From Nitrosopumilus sp. (GTDB lineage: Archaea; Thermoproteota; Nitrososphaeria; Nitrososphaerales; Nitrosopumilaceae), in NCBI GenBank assembly GCA_965204345.1, contig OZ241981.1, positions 1,152,001 through 1,216,000 on the forward strand: a stretch of DNA of 64,000 bases. Reading direction: 5' to 3'. A model generated the notes under the pieces. That model did not search any database and was not told the DNA's origin. It saw only the letters and a program-made list of their open reading frames with translations. The position numbers were made by a program, and so were the translations under genes. This document shows positions 39,733 through 49,603 of the stretch, piece after piece; position 1 is the first letter of the stretch, and each line of letters opens with the position of its first letter.

Positions 39733-40821
39733 TTGAATAACTTTATACGTTTACTTCTCAAAAGTTGTTTTGATTTGGATATTGCAGAGAAGGTAGACCT
39801 GATTCAGAGACCTCCTACTGAAGAAGTAGTGACTCAAGAAAAACTAATGGAATTATTCAAAACAAACTCATCGCCAAACCATTACATTGGTTTGGAAATT
39901 TCCGGATTTCTGCATCTTGGAAGTTTGATTAGTACAGGTTTTAAAATTAATGACTTTGTAAAAGCTGGAGTAAAATGCAAGATATTTCTTGCAGATTGGC
40001 ATACTCTGATAAATGATAAGCTTGGTGGAGATTGGGAAACAATTGAAAAAGTTTCAAAATACTATCAAGATGCTTTCAGACTAGTCTGTCCTGATGCTGA
40101 AATAATTCTTGGCTCAAAATTATATGAAGAAAAAACAGAATACTGGTCCAATCTTGTCAAATTTACAAAACATATGTCGATTGCTAGAACGATGAGAACG
40201 TTAACTATAATGGGAAGATCAGAAGATGACAAAAAAATTGATGTTGCAAAATTACTATATCCAGCAATGCAGGCAGTTGATATTCATTCGCTAGATGTTG
40301 ATATTGCACATGCCGGGATGGATCAGAGAAAGATACACATGCTTGTAAGAGAAATATTTCCCAAAATGAAATGGAAGGTTCCTGTTGCAGTTCATCACAA
40401 ACTATTGCCAGGACTTTCAAAGCCTGCTGATTGGAATGATGACAAAATAGTAGGAAAAATGAGTAAATCAGATCCAAACTCAGGCGTATTTATTCACAAT
40501 ACTGATGATGAGATTAGGAAGAAAATAAGCAAAGCATGGTGTGAAGAGGCTAATATACAAAACAATCCTCTGCTTGAAATCTCAAGATCTGTAATCTTTC
40601 ATGAATTTAATGAAATGAAAGTGGAAAGGCCTGAAAAATTTGGTGGAAATGTGTCATACGCTGATTATAGCCAGATAGAAAAAGACTTTGCAGAAAGAAA
40701 ATTGCATCCGGGAGATTTGAAACAGGCCGTTGGAAATTATTTGGTAGAGATAGTTTCTCCAATCAGAAACAAGCTAAACCTTACTGATGAATTAACTGAG
40801 GTCATTGAGAAAAGCTTTTAA
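39733..40821 (+). CDS. tyrS: Tyrosyl-tRNA synthetase (archaeal/eukaryal type)
   Basis: YIGLEISGFLHLG, LADWH, YPAMQAVD, GMDQRK, KMSKS, HPGDLK; true start probably TTG 39775. Confidence 0.95.
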   Translation: MNNFIRLLLKSCFDLDIAEKVDLIQRPPTEEVVTQEKLMELFKTNSSPNHYIGLEISGFLHLGSLISTGFKINDFVKAGVKCKIFLADWHTLINDKLGGDWETIEKVSKYYQDAFRLVCPDAEIILGSKLYEEKTEYWSNLVKFTKHMSIARTMRTLTIMGRSEDDKKIDVAKLLYPAMQAVDIHSLDVDIAHAGMDQRKIHMLVREIFPKMKWKVPVAVHHKLLPGLSKPADWNDDKIVGKMSKSDPNSGVFIHNTDDEIRKKISKAWCEEANIQNNPLLEISRSVIFHEFNEMKVERPEKFGGNVSYADYSQIEKDFAERKLHPGDLKQAVGNYLVEIVSPIRNKLNLTDELTEVIEKSF

Positions 40822-41612
40822 ATTTTAAGATTAGGATTTGTCTGTTCTTCTAAATTATATTTTGATTTGTATCCTCTTGGGTTAATCATCAAGTCTTTGT
40901 AAGTATATGTAGATGAATTTCCAATGATTACAGTACTAATCATGCCTAACTGATCTGAATGATCAGGCAAATTTTCTAAATTAGTCACTACAACGGTTTC
41001 AGATTCTCTAAATGCACCTTTGATGATTGCAACAGGCGTAGTTGGTTTTCTATACTTTAAGAGAATTTTTCTTGTATCTTGTAATTGATGAGTTCTTTTC
41101 TGGCTTGCAGGATTGTAAATGACGACGACAAAATCGCCTTTTGCCGCAGCCTCAACTCGTTTTGAAATAATTTCCCATGGAACTAGTAAATCACTCATGC
41201 TAACTACTGCAAAATCAGACATTAATGGTGAGCCAATTATTGATGCACATGAATTAAGAGCAGAGACGCCGGGAACAATTTCAACTTGTAAATCATCTTT
41301 AGGACTCCATCCGGATTCGGCCAGCGTTTCATAGATTAATCCGGCCATCCCATAGATTCCAGGATCTCCACTTGAAACAAGCGAAACAATTTTCCCAGAT
41401 TTTGCAAGATCAATACACTGATGAGCTCTTTCAACCTCCTGAGTCATGGCATAACGATGAACGGTTTTGCCTGCAATTAGATCCTGAACCAAATTTACAT
41501 AAGTTTCATAGCCTACAATCGTATCACTTTCACCAATCACTTCTTTTGCTCTAAATGTCATGTGATCATGATGGCCGGGACCGATGCCAACAATGTAGAG
41601 TTTGCCAGTCAA
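40818..41612 (-). CDS. cbiH: Precorrin-3B C17-methyltransferase
   Basis: YIVGIGPG, VSSGDPGIYGMA, VPGVSA, SMSDLLVPW, IYNP, NPRGY. Confidence 0.92.
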   Translation of the reverse strand: MTGKLYIVGIGPGHHDHMTFRAKEVIGESDTIVGYETYVNLVQDLIAGKTVHRYAMTQEVERAHQCIDLAKSGKIVSLVSSGDPGIYGMAGLIYETLAESGWSPKDDLQVEIVPGVSALNSCASIIGSPLMSDFAVVSMSDLLVPWEIISKRVEAAAKGDFVVVIYNPASQKRTHQLQDTRKILLKYRKPTTPVAIIKGAFRESETVVVTNLENLPDHSDQLGMISTVIIGNSSTYTYKDLMINPRGYKSKYNLEEQTNPNLKI

Positions 41613-41660
41613 TTTTTAAAAGAAATTTTTTGCCAAGTAATTTATCCGTTTAGCGGGATC

Positions 41661-43124
41661 TTATTGGAATGGATCTATGAACGGAGAATTCACTATGTAA
41701 TCACTGTTTATAGGTCGTGCAATGCTTACTGACAGCATGTCATCTGCTCGAAATGAATCAATATCAGATTTTGTTTCAAGAATTTTTGCAGATTCGGAAT
41801 TATTCCATTCAACTAGATAAATTCTCCACATCGGACTATAATTTTCATCACCGAGCGCAGCTGCGGCAATTCCTGGCTGAAATCCTAATGATCCAGAACC
41901 AAGAATTCCATTTTTGAATTGGAACAAATCAGCTGCTGCCGAACTAGCAATAAGATTGGCAGAGCTTGGAGATGATGCAACTCCCATTGATTCGGCAGTA
42001 CCTCCAGGAGTTGCGTCTGTAACGATATAGTAAATAGTTCGTCCATCAGGGCCCCAACCTCTGTGAGCCACAAATGTCACAGTCATTTCTTCCTCATTGA
42101 TCTCAGTTATTTGACCGCCGCTGTAAGACATTTCATCGGTAATTTCTTTATCAGCACGAACTATCATTTGTCCATCTGGCCAACTGATTTGAGGAGCATT
42201 TAGTATTACTCCTGTTTCATTGAATTCAATTCTGCCGCCTTCCTCAGCTGCAATTATATCTGCTGCTGATGTAAATTCAATTTCTCTTTGTCCGGCTTTC
42301 CACGTAACTTCAATTATGGAACTTAGTGCACTATATTCTGATTCTTGTGAAGGTGTATGGGAAATTACTTCATTTTGAAATCCATAAATTCCATCACCCT
42401 TGACTCCATTTTTGAAAATAAATAATTTTTGTAAAATATTTTCAGGAACACTTGCAAGTAATGGGGCAGCTTCCACTTTCCACTCTTGCCTCTCAGAGAT
42501 TGTTTTTGCATAATCTTCATCACTGCTATCAGTAATGATGTACAGAACTTGATTGCCCTCATAGATTCCTTTATGCATTGGAATTACGGCTGGAACACTT
42601 GTTCTTGATAATAATGATGATGGCTCTTCTTTTTCTAGTTCAATTTTTTGCATGATTACTTCTGTTGGCTGTCCCCTAATCCAGCCGTCAACACTTACAG
42701 TGGAGGTAAATTCTTTAGAATCAGGAGAATGTAGTCCTAGGGCAGCTCCTGTAAATTCAAATGAGCCTGAATTTTTTTGTAGATCAATTAATGATAAACC
42801 ATAGATTGTTTTTCCATCCACTGTCCATGTGGGTTGGCCTTTTGATTCCTGAGGACTAATCTCATGTAAAACTATAATTTGTACAGGCTCACTTGAGGTA
42901 AATGTCATAGAGCCGTCATATATTGTTCCCTCATTAGGAGATAGGATTAATGCGAGTTGGTGATTTTCATGTCCTTGACCCGGATCTTGTGAAGAAACTA
43001 TAGTTTCAGTAAAATGGATTTTTTTTCTTGAACCTGCATCAACTAATTGATCAGATGCTGAGGATGCAAAAATTATGCCAATTGTAAAGATCCCAATTAT
43101 TAGCAGAGCTGAAAGTTTTTTCAA
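41661..43124 (-). CDS. Secreted protein with an internally duplicated domain
   Basis: Signal peptide; two repeats H-K/R-G...Y-I-I/V-TD...YS-A/P...V-x-W...N-x-P. Confidence 0.6.
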   Translation of the reverse strand: MKKLSALLIIGIFTIGIIFASSASDQLVDAGSRKKIHFTETIVSSQDPGQGHENHQLALILSPNEGTIYDGSMTFTSSEPVQIIVLHEISPQESKGQPTWTVDGKTIYGLSLIDLQKNSGSFEFTGAALGLHSPDSKEFTSTVSVDGWIRGQPTEVIMQKIELEKEEPSSLLSRTSVPAVIPMHKGIYEGNQVLYIITDSSDEDYAKTISERQEWKVEAAPLLASVPENILQKLFIFKNGVKGDGIYGFQNEVISHTPSQESEYSALSSIIEVTWKAGQREIEFTSAADIIAAEEGGRIEFNETGVILNAPQISWPDGQMIVRADKEITDEMSYSGGQITEINEEEMTVTFVAHRGWGPDGRTIYYIVTDATPGGTAESMGVASSPSSANLIASSAAADLFQFKNGILGSGSLGFQPGIAAAALGDENYSPMWRIYLVEWNNSESAKILETKSDIDSFRADDMLSVSIARPINSDYIVNSPFIDPFQ

Positions 43125-43162
43125 TGAGTAATCTTAAGACTGTCCCCTTAAATGATTTTATC

Positions 43163-44566
43163 TTAATTGATTTTATCTAGTGCAAATTCATTATGTAAAG
43201 CACGTACAGCTGCATTGGTATCAGAATTTTTTACAACAAAAGCCAGATTAAGCTCAGAAGAGCCCTGTGTGATCATTGATACATTTACTTTATTTTTCTC
43301 AATTGCGCCAAAAACTTTCGAAGCAACGCCTACAGTTCCCCTCATTCCTGATCCAATTAGTGCAATTATGGCGACATTTGTGGTAATATCTAATTTTTTG
43401 ATAATCTTGCCCAATAGCTCCAGTTCTAACGCACTAACAGCTTTATCAAGATCAGTGTTTTTAACTACAATTGTAATGCTTGATTCAGATGGATTTTGAG
43501 AGATCATCATTACGTTGATTCCAGCTTTTGCTAGTGTTGCAAATATTTTTGCTGCAGTTCCAGGAGTTCCTACCATACTGCCTCCTTGAACATCAATTAA
43601 CCCGTTATTTCGTACATTACTGACACATTTTACCGTATTTTTTACAGATGGGGATGTTGAGGCCGAAACTAGGGTCCCTTCATTTTTGATATTGAAGGAA
43701 TTTCTAATTTTCATTGGGATTTTCTTTGTGAGCAGAGGTTCAAATGTACGTGGGTGTATTTGCTTTGCACCAAACAGAGCCATTTCAATTGCTTCAATGT
43801 ATGATACCTCTTTGAGTAATTTTGCATTTTTTACAATTTTTGGATCTGCTGTCATCAGTCCATCTACATCACTCATTAACCAGATCTCATCTGCTTTTAT
43901 GCAAGAACCTATAATTGTCGCAGAATAATCAGAACCGCCCCTGCCAAACGTGGTTACATGCCCATGCTGATCAGCGCCGACAAATCCTCCTACAACAGGT
44001 ACTGTTCCCTTTGAAAATAAGGCATCTACAGTTTTTGATACTCGTAATCTGGTTGTATCTATTAGCGGTTTTGACTCACCAAAGTTTGAATCAGTGACAA
44101 TTCCTACTTCCTTACCGGTAAGAGGAATTGATTTTTTTCCAGAATCCGCGATTGCCGATGAGATTAATTTTATAGATAGTCTTTCTCCGAATGAAAATAG
44201 GTAATCCATTGTTCTAGGAGTTACTTCTCCCAACAATACCATTCCGTCAATTAGTGCAACAAGTTCATCAAAATCTTGATCAAACTTTGAAAGTAATTTC
44301 TTTCTCAGATCAGATTTTTTGATAGTTTGTTTTGCTAATTGTTTGTGTCTATTGATAATTTTTGATGCAAGCTGTTCGGCTTTGGATTTATTTTCTTTTT
44401 TTATGGATTCTGAAATTTCTATTAAATCATCTGTAGTGCCACTTATTGCAGAACATACAACAACAATTTGGTTTTTCTTTGATAATTCATTAAGGTGTGT
44501 AGCTACTGCTTGAATATCTTTTGTGGCAGAAATTGATGTCCCACCATATTTTATTACGAGTCTCAA
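43163..44566 (-). CDS. lysC: Aspartate kinase with two ACT domains
   Basis: KYGGTS, SFGERLS, TFGRGGSDYSA, DVDGLMTADP, GAKQIHP. Confidence 0.93.
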   Translation of the reverse strand: MRLVIKYGGTSISATKDIQAVATHLNELSKKNQIVVVCSAISGTTDDLIEISESIKKENKSKAEQLASKIINRHKQLAKQTIKKSDLRKKLLSKFDQDFDELVALIDGMVLLGEVTPRTMDYLFSFGERLSIKLISSAIADSGKKSIPLTGKEVGIVTDSNFGESKPLIDTTRLRVSKTVDALFSKGTVPVVGGFVGADQHGHVTTFGRGGSDYSATIIGSCIKADEIWLMSDVDGLMTADPKIVKNAKLLKEVSYIEAIEMALFGAKQIHPRTFEPLLTKKIPMKIRNSFNIKNEGTLVSASTSPSVKNTVKCVSNVRNNGLIDVQGGSMVGTPGTAAKIFATLAKAGINVMMISQNPSESSITIVVKNTDLDKAVSALELELLGKIIKKLDITTNVAIIALIGSGMRGTVGVASKVFGAIEKNKVNVSMITQGSSELNLAFVVKNSDTNAAVRALHNEFALDKIN

Positions 44567-44601
44567 TCCAAAATATCTGAACTAGTTAATCTTTAAATGC
44601 T

Positions 44602-45372
44602 TTAACTTTCGACGCGCGGAGCCAAGTAAAAGTGAATTCTGCCGATATTTGCCACCTTGAATTCAATTCTAAGCGGTTTTGAGCTTGAGAATTCACATGT
44701 GATTGAGCCTGCATTAGAGCCCACAGCTTTTACTACCGGATTTAGGTATTCAAGACTGTAAGTACCAATACTAGATTCTTTTGAAGATATTTCTTCTATA
44801 TCCTTATCATCCTTATCTAAATCAATTACAACTTCGCCAGAATCGCCTTTTCCTGAAAAATCTCCTTTTGAATCTGATGTTTGTATTGTAAGATAATCAG
44901 ATACGACTTGTACATCACCGAGAATTTTATCAAATTTTGAAGAAGCCAAAATGATTTTTGAGTCATATGGGATTTTTGGTAGCGGTGTATCAGTTGCCGA
45001 ACTTTCAATTAAACGCATTTTGTATTTCTTGTTTTTTCCAACTGTAACAAGCAACATGTTTTGTTCTGAAATACTAATCTCTATACTGTCTTTCTTATCT
45101 GCTCTTTTGATAAGTTTTGAAAATTCGTCAATTCGTACTCCAAATTTGATGTCACTATCACATTCATATTTTTCAAATGCAGAGTTGGGCCAGGAAATAT
45201 CAATAAGAGCAACGTGGGACGGATCCATTCCCCTAAAAGTAATTCCTTCTGCTGTCGCAACAAAAGTTGCTTCTTCAACAAGTGTGGATATTGCAGAAAT
45301 TATAGCTTTTAGATCATCTGAACCGCTTGTCTTTGCGCCAAAAGTCAAATCAATTTTCCTGACTATATGCAT
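44602..45372 (-). CDS. pcn: DNA polymerase sliding clamp PCNA
   Basis: GMDPSHVAL, YSLEYL, KPLRIEF, FYLAPR; true start probably TTG 45348. Confidence 0.95.
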   Translation of the reverse strand: MHIVRKIDLTFGAKTSGSDDLKAIISAISTLVEEATFVATAEGITFRGMDPSHVALIDISWPNSAFEKYECDSDIKFGVRIDEFSKLIKRADKKDSIEISISEQNMLLVTVGKNKKYKMRLIESSATDTPLPKIPYDSKIILASSKFDKILGDVQVVSDYLTIQTSDSKGDFSGKGDSGEVVIDLDKDDKDIEEISSKESSIGTYSLEYLNPVVKAVGSNAGSITCEFSSSKPLRIEFKVANIGRIHFYLAPRVES

Positions 45373-45382
45373 TTTTTAAGTT

Positions 45383-45700
45383 TTATGTATAGTCACGCCA
45401 AGTGTATTTACATTTTAGACAACGATAGAATCTAGTTGTAGGTTCGTCTGCACTTCTAGTTTGAAACATCCAACCAACTGCTTCATCATGTCCGCATTTT
45501 TCACAATCTATCTTGATTGTCGGTAGAGATTCTTCTCCTTCATTTCCTTCAAAAGCAAGCAGTGAGAAATCAGGTTCTTCTTCAGTAACAGTTTTTTTAG
45601 TTTTTTTTGCTTCTTCACCTTCTGTATAACCGCATTTGGAACATTGAAGAGCAGAACCGTTGTTCTTTAATTTGACCTCACATTTGGGGCAAAATTTCAA
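45383..45700 (-). CDS. tfs: Transcription factor S (TFS/RpoM)
   Basis: MKFCPKC...CSKC...CEKC...QTRSADEPTTRFYRCLKC. Confidence 0.92.
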   Translation of the reverse strand: MKFCPKCEVKLKNNGSALQCSKCGYTEGEEAKKTKKTVTEEEPDFSLLAFEGNEGEESLPTIKIDCEKCGHDEAVGWMFQTRSADEPTTRFYRCLKCKYTWRDYT

Positions 45701-45701
45701 T

Positions 45702-45980
45702 CTAATTTACCTTAATTTTAGAATTAAACAGTTGCTTGAACTCTTCGGCCATTTTAATTGCTGATTCGGTAGCCTTTTTGATTTCACCTAGTGGTTTTGA
45801 ACTAGAATTAATTCTCATCCAACATTCATTGGTAAGAGGATGTTTTACAATGACACCTGCAAAATCAATGTTTGATGCTTTTAGTAGCTCATGCTGAATT
45901 ATGTATAAGATTCCTATATCAGTTTCAGTGATAGAAAGGCTGATTTCTTTAGGCTCAGAATTGATCACTTGTGCGTTCAT
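45702..45980 (-). CDS. rpoL: RNA polymerase subunit L (Rpo11)
   Basis: FAGVIVKHPL motif; conserved rpoL-tfs-pcn order. Confidence 0.82.
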   Translation of the reverse strand: MNAQVINSEPKEISLSITETDIGILYIIQHELLKASNIDFAGVIVKHPLTNECWMRINSSSKPLGEIKKATESAIKMAEEFKQLFNSKIKVN

Positions 45981-46018
45981 GTATTCAGAAAAAGCACTTA
46001 TTGCGGATATAAATCATT

Positions 46019-46567
46019 ATGAGCGTTAAGATGGGAGAAAGCAGAATTTCAGAGATTTCACTAGTAAAAAACAAGGATGAGTACGTATCTGATGAAAATA
46101 TTGAGATAAATGTCCAATTTTCAGTTGAAGGAGACCTTAGAAAAGCCTTCAACGAGGCTAATTGGACCAAGGCCTACAACAATAATGATGTTTCATTCAA
46201 AATGAAATATGGTATAAAATTGACCTCTGGCGGGTTCAGAAAGAAGGAATTGGGAAGGACAATAGACACCTATAGAAAGGCATCAATATTTTGGACAAGA
46301 AATCCAAAATTGGTCAATCCAATCAAAGATAGAAGGATTTGGGTGCAAGTCGCTAAAAACTTTGAGCCATTTATCAGATTATCAGAAGAGGAGGTAAGAG
46401 AAGAGCTGTTTGACTTTGATGAAAAATTTGTATTCAAGGCATCAGATTTAGGAAAAGGCAGACACAAGATCGGAGCTGAAACCTTTGCATCATGGCAAAA
46501 ACATGATTTTACAGAAACAGGAAATGTAAAAAACAGTTCAAATGAAATTGAAGTCACAATCAATTAG
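46019..46567 (+). CDS. Conserved hypothetical protein
   Basis: 182-aa ORF with FWTRNP, RIWVQV motifs; its stop codon lies within the left island repeat. Confidence 0.6.
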   Translation: MSVKMGESRISEISLVKNKDEYVSDENIEINVQFSVEGDLRKAFNEANWTKAYNNNDVSFKMKYGIKLTSGGFRKKELGRTIDTYRKASIFWTRNPKLVNPIKDRRIWVQVAKNFEPFIRLSEEEVREELFDFDEKFVFKASDLGKGRHKIGAETFASWQKHDFTETGNVKNSSNEIEVTIN

Positions 46568-46629
46568 GTACCCTCAAGATTTACTAAAAATAACGACTAG
46601 GAATTTTTAACAGTAATTAAATTGTCTTA

Positions 46630-47520
46630 ATGGCAGTTAGAATGAGTTTTGAAAATTCAGAATAAGCTTTGCAGGAATTTCTTGATTCTTGTTATGCAAT
46701 GTCACATAGTTCTGCAATTGTTAATGGTTACAAAAATGCAATTATAGGTAAAACTAAGGGATTCAGAATCTTTCTTACAAAAAGATAAGATTTGATGAAA
46801 TTAAATTAGTGGTTAGAATAAAAAGCAAAAATTTTGGTGTGTGTCAGATTCTAAAAATTATGTGATTTTTTTAGATAAACCTGTACTAATGCCAAATTCT
46901 ATCAAGCAATTTTTCTATGCTATAAAGGGATATCTTATTCATTTGAGAGTTAACATATATTTAGATAAATGCATATAAGATATCAAACTTCCAGAGATTC
47001 TAAGAAAACGTAAAGAAGCAATAACAAAAAATATTTTGGTTAGAACTTTGGGAGTTGTATCATTTAAGCTTTGAGTTGTATTTCTTGTTGTAATATCATC
47101 AGGAATGAGAATTGGAGAAATTAGTGATCTCAAACTATCAGATATTGATTTTGCATGTACTCCAACTAAAATTAGAATCAGGGCAGAAACTACAAAGACA
47201 AGAGAAGCAAGAAAAATATTTCTTATATCAGAGACAGTAATTGCTCTAAAAGATTATCTCGGAAAATATTTTGATTGAAATGAAATACATGAAAATATTC
47301 ATCTTAAAAATAGAAATATTTTTAGTAGAGCGTCTATTAGAAAATATATTAGAAAAGAGAATATCAATGAACAGAAAGGCATCAGTAGATCTTTTAGAGA
47401 ATATACTTATGAGTAATTAAAGAATATTCCATTTTCATGCTCTAAGAGAGTTTTTCTATAGAATTTTAAGTAGTGTTGCAGACTTAAATTTTGCCCATGT
47501 TCTGATTAGACGATTCTGTT
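46630..47520 (+). pseudogene. Tyrosine recombinase/integrase pseudogene
   Basis: Box I SSGMRIGEISDLKLSDIDF (~47096-47152), IRAETTKTREAR, box II FHALR (47433-47447), FAHVL; many stops and frameshifts; catalytic Tyr region absent. Confidence 0.85.
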
Positions 47521-47793
47521 GTGTTCATGAAGGATATACATGAATCTGTTTGATCGCACAAGTTTTAATCAAGACATACAAACAGTACTGGTAAATTCCA
47601 GCGATCAGATCATCAAAATTTATCAGAACTGTCCGTTGCATTTACCGTGTTCATCTTAAAATTATCAGGATTTGCTTTGATGTGGTTGTTTTCTCTAGTT
47701 CCTTGATCAATGTCAGAGAAATAATCTCACTACACCAAATGAACATCAGTTTGAAAATCAGGAAACACCTCAAGATTCAACAATGTCTCAGAT

Positions 47794-48037
47794 TTATCTC
47801 TCATGCCTATCCCTCATGAACGCAACAGAATCGGCTGTCCATATGCGTCTGATGTGTCTTGCACTGACCTGCATGGTCCGGGCCAGAACTGCTACACCTG
47901 TGCCCTTTTGACGCTGCCATATGATGTATCTGATCTGATCTTCTTTTAGTCTGGTTCTCTTCATTATTCGTGATCGATATATGTGGTAATAATCCCTTGC
48001 ATGAAGCCTGAGCTTAGGCGGACATAATTTTCGTACA
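47794..48037 (-). mobile_element. Truncated IS481/ISA0963-like element: left end plus transposase N-terminal HTH
   Basis: Terminal 5'-TGTACGAAAATTATGTCCG from 48037; ORF 47964-47794 MKRTRLKEDQIRYIIWQRQKGTGVAVLARTMQVSARHIRRIW; locally higher GC; no DDE core or right end found. Confidence 0.6.
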
Positions 48038-48099
48038 ATAGAGATTTGTGTCCTCTAACATCAATCATAAATGCTGGAATAGGAAATATAGATGAAGAT

Positions 48100-48735
48100 T
48101 AATCTATATTCAATTCTCTCTTCTTTTTTAATATTATTTCATCAATTTTTGAAGTAGAGAGATCTGGTATTATTTTAATAAAAAAACTAAGTAATCATCT
48201 TGTGTCTGCAGAAATTAATTGTATAGATAGAATTGGAATTTTATTTTGTAATTTCTCTAGTTGATTTTCCATTTTCTCAAATTCTTTATGTTCTTCACTT
48301 TTGAAATCAGGAAACATTTGACAGCTTAGTTTCATTACATGCATGTCAATTTCTTTACTCTTTATTCTAGGTGTATAATCATTAGTTATCAATACATCAT
48401 TATGTTTTTTCGTTCTATGATAAACCCTAAAAATCTGTCATCGTTAAGATTAGAATCTAAACCAACTTAGTTCTAATCAATATCTGGTTCTGTGATATGT
48501 ACTGACAGTTTGACATTTTTTCTTAACTCTTTCTTAGTTATATTATAAGATTCTATCACGGATAGATTTTTTGTTGCTCTCTCAGATATTTTTTGATTAC
48601 CATCAGATTTTTTATTATCTAATTCTTTCAAAACTGTTGAACAAATAATCTCAACTTTATTCGAATCTAATTCTTTGCACCAATCTACACTCAAAATATC
48701 ATAATGCAAAAAAATATGTGTCTAGAGAGCATATT
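48100..48735 (-). pseudogene. PIN-domain (PIN_4/YlaK-like) ribonuclease pseudogene
   Basis: Stitched LDT/IFLHY...VDW...STVLKELDNKK...ERA...NDDRFL...LITNDYTPRIKS; internal stops and frameshifts; covers ORFs 48473-48709 and 48195-48392. Confidence 0.65.
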
Positions 48736-48863
48736 TTATCATAAAATTACTTATTTTTTATTGGATTATTGCTTTTCTCATGATCGGAAATGCGAGAAAA
48801 CTGCATATTTTGCCTAATTAGACGAATTTATCACTAACTATGTCTTAGTCAATACAAATCATC

Positions 48864-49598
48864 ATGAAAATATTAAAAAGGCTAGATCTCGTAAGATGGG
48901 ATATAATGCTTGAGGCAAGGGAGTATTCGTCAATAACTGTCGCACAACTTCTAGGTCGTCTACTAAATGACATTGAATCAAAAGCTGATCCAGGAGAACT
49001 TTTTGTAAGAGGCTCTTTAAATATTCCATTAACATATCCAAAAGTATCAATAATTGGTTCCAGAAAAGCATCCACACAAGGAATTGCAAATGCTCAAAAA
49101 ATTGCAAAGAAATTGATTGAAAATCAAGTAATTATTGTCAGTGGACTTGCTGAAGGTATTGATACTGCAGCACATGTAACAGCATCAAGCATGAATGGGA
49201 AAACTATTGCTGTAATAGGTACACCATTAGATAAAGTATATCCAAAAATAAATTATGAACTTCAACAAGAATTAGTGAAAAGTCATCTTGTAGTTTCACA
49301 ATTTCCAACAGGTTATCCAATTACTGGGAAAAATTTTGTAATACGAAACAGAACAATGGCACTTATTTCTGATGCTTCAGTAATTGTAGAAGCTGGAAAA
49401 ACAAGTGGGTCAAAACATCAAGGATGGGAAACTCTTAGAATGGGAAGACCGTTATTCATTTGGGAATCTGTTGTGAATGATAAAGAACTAGACTGGCCAA
49501 CAGAAATGATTGAGCATGGAGCAGTAGAATTATCTGATCCATCAGTCATACTTGAAGTACTACCAACACGTTTTGAAGTGATCGATGTGTTTCAATAA
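48864..49598 (+). CDS. DprA/Smf-like (SLOG) protein, core domain only; ShosA-like
   Basis: VSIIGSR, IVSGLAEGIDTAAH, TIAVIGTPLD..YP..N, VSQFP, F..RNR, VIVEAG..SGS; lacks the N- and C-terminal accessory domains of competence DprA. Confidence 0.88.
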   Translation: MKILKRLDLVRWDIMLEAREYSSITVAQLLGRLLNDIESKADPGELFVRGSLNIPLTYPKVSIIGSRKASTQGIANAQKIAKKLIENQVIIVSGLAEGIDTAAHVTASSMNGKTIAVIGTPLDKVYPKINYELQQELVKSHLVVSQFPTGYPITGKNFVIRNRTMALISDASVIVEAGKTSGSKHQGWETLRMGRPLFIWESVVNDKELDWPTEMIEHGAVELSDPSVILEVLPTRFEVIDVFQ

Positions 49599-49603
49599 TA
49601 ATT

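Noticed and set aside
44951-45379. 142-aa plus-strand ORF and the many other short ORFs nested antisense to long genes
   Set aside because: Shadow frames of clearly identified genes (here PCNA), with no motifs of their own.
46939-47133. 64-aa minus-strand ORF within the island
   Set aside because: Antisense to the integrase pseudogene, whose catalytic motifs are on the plus strand.
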